DNA from: Antedon mediterranea
Lineage: Eukaryota > Animalia > Echinodermata
Assembly (NCBI RefSeq): GCF_964355755.1
Contig: NC_092676.1
Span: 28,600,871 to 28,664,870 of the forward strand
DNA: 64,000 nt
Reading direction: 5' to 3'
Part shown: positions 57,701-64,000 of the stretch, piece by piece
Layout: every line of letters begins with the position of its first letter
Position numbering within the stretch: position 1 is the first letter of the stretch
Notes under the pieces: model-generated
What the model was told of the DNA's origin: nothing
Database searches by the model: none
What the model saw: only the letters and a program-made list of their open reading frames with translations
Translations under genes and position numbers: made by a program

Positions 57701-58673
57701 TTTTTGAGCAATTTCAAATTGCGCAAATCGTTCAAATCGCGCATAACATGTGCACTACTAGAGGTAGTGTATACAGTACACCATAGGTTGATATGAGTAA
57801 ATATGCAAAGTAAGTCATAAGTTAAGTTTTAAAAATACCTACATGTAAATCCCACACTCGGACTTCACCACCCAAACAGCCGGAGGCCAGTATCTCATTG
57901 GACGATGGATGAAATGTCACGCACCACGGCGTCCTAGGGTGTCCAACCAGCGTCATTATACACTCTTGCGTACGGACATCTGTGATTCGAACATTATGAT
58001 CCCCATGTGTTGACGCCATTAATGTGTCATCAGAACTGAATGCTACGATAATCGTTGCTTTTACATTTTCTGTTAATGTCACAGGCTGAAATAAATAATA
58101 TACATATAATATGAATTAAGAAATTATAAGTTAAGAAGATTATTATACAGTAATTATCTCTTTTATTTAATTCAGAAATAAAACTAAAACATGATAAAAA
58201 GAAGCATCTACGAAACAAATCATTCAACAACTACCGTAAAAAATCAATTATAAAATATCATTTAATATTTATTGATTTTTATTTAATTAATATAAATTTA
58301 TAAATATTATTACCAAACAATATAGCCTAGTAGGGTATGTATGTTTTCCTATTAAGATCTCAATAGTAGCCTAATCCTAGATTGTATTCGTTAGCAATCC
58401 CATCCTATGATAAGTCTAGGCCTACCCGCAAGATACGTGTGTCCAGGTCTGGTGCTAGCCTACCGTGGGTGGATGTCATCTTCTCTACCCTTACAAAATC
58501 CAAAAATAGGACGAACTTACCTTATTGACGCTTGGTGATTCTGCTGTCTTCTTCTCGGCAAATCTTCTTATACGTGTCGTTATTTTATTGCAATGTTTTC
58601 TTGATCTTTTAAATATCTCATTTGTGATATTAAAACTTTCACAAGTAGACTTCATATTTGAATGTTTTGACAT
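51790..58673 (-). CDS. AMBRA1: Activating molecule in BECN1-regulated autophagy 1 (multi-exon; split WD40 with a disordered insert)
   Basis: [50 protein letters not shown]; THRLQWWDF; [19 protein letters not shown]; [19 protein letters not shown]. Confidence 0.93.
56865..57748. mobile_element. Ginger-like non-autonomous element with TTGCGCAA-rich arms
   Basis: TGTG|tgttatgcgcgatttgaacgatttgcgc ... gcgcaaatcgttcaaatcgcgcataaca|TGTG: TGT..ACA ends and a 4 bp TSD. Confidence 0.75.
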
Positions 58674-59130
58674 ATTTGAGGAACTAGTAAATAACAGCTG
58701 TTTTACCTATAACTATCAAAGTGGCTTTTCTCTTGTTTCGCTGTTTTCCATGGACCGTAAACAACAAAATAGGGGCGGAAGTAGTAAGTGACATTGACCT
58801 TTAAATATCTAATTTATAAATTCGAATCAAAAATTATTAAATTGAAACAAAAATAATAGTTATAAAGAAACCTTTTAAATAAGTAATTCACTTTATTTAA
58901 TATTTTATAAATTTTTATTAGTTTTTATTTTAAAAACAGCTGCAAGAACTATAAAAAAATAAATTATAAATTGTTCATAAAATACTTATGTAATACAATT
59001 TGACCTCTCAAAAAAAGAAAACAATAACAAAGTAGGCCTAGAAATCTGTGTCGAAATGATAAATGCTTTTAAAATGAAATAATCTACAATGTTTATATTC
59101 TAAATATTCGTCTTGCTTGAAGATTGGTAA
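58674..59130. promoter_or_regulatory. Putative AMBRA1-ATG13 bidirectional promoter
   Basis: Lies between divergent genes; GGGGCGGAAGT (Sp/ETS) at ~58772-58782, GTAAACA (FOX) at 58757-58763, and a likely ATG13 5'UTR donor GTAAG at ~59127. Confidence 0.5.
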
Positions 59131-59620
59131 GAATTGTTTATTGTTTTAAATTATTTAAGAATAATATGTTAGTCTATGGTTGGATAAGTATGAATATTTG
59201 ACTGTATTTTGTTAGCCCTTCAGCTTCATTTCATCGTCTCTTTCATTCTTCCATATAACACGCGACAGACACCAGGCAGTGACTTCATTTTGTATGTCGT
59301 GTGGTGACACACATCATACCTTATTTAGAATAAAATATCCTCTTTAGTACTGTAGTGTGGTTTGTATTGTATTGATTGATTTTCACTGGGTTTTCATAAT
59401 AAATTATTTCATTCATTTATTATTATTTAATAATTATTTTTACACCTATCAGAAACAATGCTCTTCTATAGCAAGTTTCCATTCACTATTGTTCATGAGA
59501 AACAATGCTCTGCTATAGCTAGTTCCAATCCCTGCCACTGTGTGAACATGCCATTGTTTTTGGCTTTCACAGCAGTCCCACCCTTTCCACTTATATTCCA
59601 AGTTTCCTGGACTTTCTGCA

Positions 59621-59670
59621 TTCTCACTCCTGAGGACGATCAAAGCATATTGATCGAAATGTCGAGAAAC
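59621..59670 (+). ncRNA. Minimal type I hammerhead ribozyme-like motif within a retroelement remnant
   Basis: ctc-CTGAGGA-c-gatcaa-agcata-ttgatc-GAAA-tg-TC-gag. Confidence 0.6.
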
Positions 59671-60148
59671 TCAACAGTTCTTTTCAGAACTAATACACGT
59701 GGTGTACACCGCAAACTTTATATCAATATTTTTATTAAATTGAATAATAATAATAAGTGATAAAATGTAGATTCTTAAATGATAGATGTTGTTAAGTGAC
59801 ATGATTGTATTTGTATTGTATAGTGTAAATTAAATTATGCTGGTAGAAACTATATATAAGGTGAAAGTCTACCCAAAATATAAAAATTAAACAAACTATT
59901 TAAATAAACAATGACATAACATTTAAAAAGTGTCTTGGAATATATTTCAATAAAACATTTTGTAAAATTACTAATGAATTTAATAATCCATATTGTTTAA
60001 AAAAGTTATATAAGTTATGTCAACAGTCTTCAGTAGTTATGTTAAAGGGTGAATTCATTGTATTATTCAATATCAATATTTTATTAGTTTTTTTCAAATG
60101 ATTTTTTGTTGACTTTTATCAGATAATTTCTAGTGATTTATCCTTAAA

Positions 60149-62628
60149 ATGGCTCAGAGCATTTTGACAGATAAAGAGATTAAAGGTCTTGACCAGTTTA
60201 CAAAATTCTTTGCATTAAAGGTACATTTATATTTTTTTTTTGATTGCATATGAATATATAATATAGGCCTATATATTGTACCGTATACATATATTTAATA
60301 AATAAAAATATAAAAATTAACTTTAACCAATTTCAGTGTATTCAAGTGATAGTCCAAGCAAGACTAGGGGAAAAGGTCAATACGAGGTCAGGAAGTACGT
60401 CATCACGGTCAGATTGGGTAAGAATTAATTTTGTGTATGTTTCATTCATTTGTCAAAAAATAACATATACAAAACAAAAGAAAAGAGTTCAAAATACTGG
60501 TTAACCAAAAAGTGAACTGAATCACTGTCAAGTGGCTCACCAAAATGGAAATTGAACAGAGTTACATCAGGTACTGTAGTTCTACCAATCTCTTTTATGG
60601 CTAAAATAAAACAATCCCCTTTCTCTTGCTTAGATATTTTCATTCATTGTATTGTTTTTGCAGTTTAACTTATCCGTGATTGATAAAGCAGGAGTCCAAG
60701 CTGAAGCGAGAAAACAATTAAATAATCGTCTTCCACAAATTGACGAACCACTATGTATAGAAATATCACTCAAGACCTCAGAGGTTGGTATTTATGTTTT
60801 AAGCTCTGTCTACCAGTATCAAACTAGTTTGAAAACAAAAAGGTGTGATGTGCCCAAATATGGTGATTATATGCACAAATATGGTAGTGATACGACATCA
60901 TCATGTCCACATCACATTTTTTTCATCACATAAAGTTTGAGTGTAGACAGAAGTTAAGAACATGCTCAGCATCATTTAGATGTTCCAGGCTTCACTCACT
61001 TTCTTCATCCTGTTATATTGTGACCATTGATGTATTGAAGTATTTTTTTCTTTTCGTTTTATCACATTTATATTTGTAACTTTATTTGTAGGGAGATTCA
61101 ATGATTCTGGAGACTTGGAAGTTGGCCATGACAGAGAAGAGTGACCCCAGTGTTCGAATCTATTATAAAGTCTATAACAGAATGTCATTGCTGTTGAAAT
61201 CTTTAATATGCCTTGCACGCACTACGCCCGCATACCGAGTTTCACGTCATCAAAGTCCGGACGATTACAAGATATTCTATAGGATATACTTTGGTGAACC
61301 AAACAATAGTTTACTTGGTGAAGGTAATAGACATGTTATGCTTGTCATTCTTTTTCCTAGGCCTCTGACTTCCTTTGAAATTTGTTTATTCACAATATCA
61401 GCTATTCATTCAGGTACATTTATCTAAATTTGGTTTCATTTCCATACATTTAAATTGTGTAAATAACATTTTAAATATGACATAAGAAAAACTGTTATCT
61501 CCAATCAGAAGAAATTACAGGAACTTGCATTCCAACATACAACAAAATATATAGATATAAAAATATATCTGTATAATTCTTTACGTTAAACCATGAATAC
61601 GTGCGTGTGTGACGTTTCAACTTGTTTTCATCAAGTCTTCATCTGGTAATGACTAGATGTTAGTGGTTGCTAGGAGTACTGTAGCTTTGCTCGTTTGTTA
61701 GTGGTTGCTAGGAGTACTGTAGCTTTGCTCGTTTGTTAGTGGTTGCTAGGAGTACTGTAGCTTTGCTCGTTTGTTAGTGGTTGCTAGGAGTACTGTTGCT
61801 AGGAGTACTGTAGCTTTGCTCGTTTGTTAGTGGTTGCTAGGAGTACTGTTGCTAGGAGTACTGTAGCTTTGCTCGTTTCGTAACCATAGTCTGCGATTTG
61901 CCAATGTTCTTCGGCTTTTCAGGTAAAATGAGCTGATCATATATGTGAGGAAGCGCAAATATAATTATTAATGAACAAATGGTTTTTTTTTTTTGTAGAT
62001 TACAAGAGTATTCAAGTAGGATCAGTATTAACCCCTGTTGGCTCACTGGTATTATCAGCCTCTTACAGAACAAACCTAACACTCACTACTCAAAGGTAAT
62101 TAAGAGAAGGTTTTCCTTGTTGTTGTTGCTGAATGTATTGTACTGTAGATAGAATATGGGTTACCTATCAAAATCCATGTATCTTTAACTTGAAAGCTAT
62201 AGTGTTGACTGTATGCTGTACCATTTGACTATTTTACAAGACTTGTATGATAATTAATTCACAAAGAATCTCAAATCAACAGACCTTCAGATGGGATGTA
62301 AAGCTGTTGGACCCCTGTACATAGTGCACGTTAAAGAACTTGGTACACTATTTGAAAAGATAAGGGGATCGTCTCCTGATGTGCTTATCTCGTTGGTGCT
62401 GCAATACTTGCTGCTGCTTTTTCCGTGGAGGGTCTAATCCAAATTTCTTCAGTTTCCAGTTAAGCTTGAGGACCAGAAAAATACCTCTACCTGTTACCTT
62501 TTACTTAACTTATCTTTTCTTAGATCATTGCAAAGAAGTAATTCAAATCCAATGAAAGTATCTGATGATCATTATGGAAACCCTAAGAGTACTACGGAAT
62601 GTAGGCCTTGCACATCTGCCAAAAACAG
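60149..62628 (+). CDS. ATG13: Autophagy-related protein 13, 5' part (exons 60149-60220, 60337-60417, 60664-60783, 61092-61323, 61999-62095, 62524-62628; probably continues beyond the window)
   Basis: HORMA domain: [11 protein letters not shown]|[15 protein letters not shown]|[13 protein letters not shown]|[35 protein letters not shown]. Confidence 0.95.
61600..61955 (-). mobile_element. Penelope-like terminal fragment containing a 38 bp tandem repeat (61659-61878) and a degenerate hammerhead
   Basis: ORF tail LPHIYDQLI; minus strand cagatga-a-gacttg..caagtt-gaaa-cg-tc; repeat gttagtggttgctaggagtactgtagctttgctcgttt. Confidence 0.55.
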
Positions 62629-62699
62629 GTATTTTAAATGTCATCAGGGATGTTGGAAAAGTCCTAATTTATGGAGTTTTCAATTTGCGACATATTGTG

Positions 62700-64000
62700 C
62701 CGTATCCGGATATTCACCCCCTGGAAATTTACCCCCCGGACAACTACCCCCCGAACAACCACCACCTGGACCACTACCCCCTTAAGACAACTACCCCTTT
62801 AGAACAACTACCCCCCGGACAAATACCCCCCGGACAACTACCCCCTTAGGACAACAACCCCCTTAAGACAACTACCCCCTGGACAACTACCCCCGGACAA
62901 TTACCCCCAAGGAACAATTACCCCCCAGACAATTACCCCCCGGACAATTACCACCCAGAAAACTATCCCTTTAGAACACCCTAACCACCCAGACCATTCA
63001 ACAACCTGACTCTGCAACAGTGTATAATAGGAAATAATAACTATATTTTAATTCGTTACTTTGACGAATTACTATTCATTATTGTAAACAAAAGTAAAAG
63101 ATTGAACATAAATATAGCCTGGTATAAACTGAAGATTGTCACACATGATCATAGGATAGTCGAACGTATTATATAGTACTCCCTGTATTTACTGTAAAGA
63201 CTGGGTTCGCTAATAATAATAATAATTTTTGCGTCAGGACAATGCTTCGATAACCACTGGTCTTAAAAGAATTAATTTTTATCTCAAATTTGTCATATAT
63301 GTATTTTTGTACACTTGAAGAATAATATCACGTTTGATATTTGACCTCAATGTTCACTCACCGAATAAACGTCGATCTTTAAATAAATTCCCCTCAAATA
63401 AACGGTGACCATGTCACTCCCATAAAACATCATATGGAATAATCGTCGTCTATTTCCATTAGATTATACCCCCTCCCATTGAATAAACAACTTTCTTCCA
63501 ATAAATGTCCACCTAAAAACCACCTAAACAATAAACAGCCCAGGCCGTTTTTTCAATAAATACGGTACTTTAAATCTAGCACATCTAGGGTCTAGCGTGC
63601 TGTTAAACAGAATAATCGATTAAAAACGGGTGTTTCGAAACTAGAGACCCGAGACCAGAGACCCGAGACCCAATACGAAAAGGGAGACCTAAATATACGA
63701 AAAGGGAGACCCACGTACGAAAAGGGAGACCCCACTATACGAAAAGAGAGACCACACTTAACGAAAAGGGAGACCCTAATATACGAAAAGGGAGACCCAA
63801 ATATAGGTCTCCCTTTTCGTATTGGTCTCGTGTCAGGTCTCTGGTCTCGGGTCTCTAGTTTCGAAACACCCGTTAAAAACAGATGATTTCATTTTTACAG
63901 AAACCGGTCCTATATATTTGTCTACTTTTGGATGGGGGGGGGGGGGGTAGTTGACCGGGGGGTAGTTGACCGGGGGGGGGGTAGTTGACCGGGGGATAGT
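62700..64000. mobile_element. DNA-transposon-like element with subterminal ggacaactacccc repeats; right end probably beyond the window
   Basis: Repeat block at 62720-62980 and inverted ggggtagttgacc repeats at 63935-64000. Confidence 0.6.
63627..63872. mobile_element. MITE with internal gggagaccc repeats
   Basis: ~36 bp TIR cgggtgtttcgaaactagagacccgagaccagagacc, flanked by ttaaaaa on both sides. Confidence 0.8.

Overview
AT-rich, intron-containing animal genomic DNA (GT-AG introns). The gene and repeat content suggests a marine invertebrate, possibly an echinoderm, but this cannot be established from the window. From left to right: a C6orf89/BRAP-like gene (+); a ~31 kb tandem array of seven apparently intact six-exon cytosolic sulfotransferase (SULT) genes plus one pseudogene (all -); myotrophin (+); RPS16 (-), hosting two U35/SNORD35-like box C/D snoRNAs; thymidylate synthase (+); AMBRA1 (-); and, head-to-head with it, ATG13 (+, probably continuing past the window). 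Introns and spacers contain many non-autonomous DNA transposons (Harbinger-, MULE-, piggyBac-, Kolobok-, Ginger-, Academ- and Helentron-like), LINE/Penelope remnants and minisatellites. The most interesting signals are: the SULT array, with a hypervariable active-site cap, a shared K->M change before the catalytic His and mosaic introns; the AMBRA1-ATG13 divergent pair without HARBI1; a LINE chimera that captured snoRNA/intron sequence; and a minimal hammerhead core upstream of the ATG13 CDS. I found no convincing wholly new system. Everything was read by eye, so boundaries may be off by a few nt and the family names need database confirmation.
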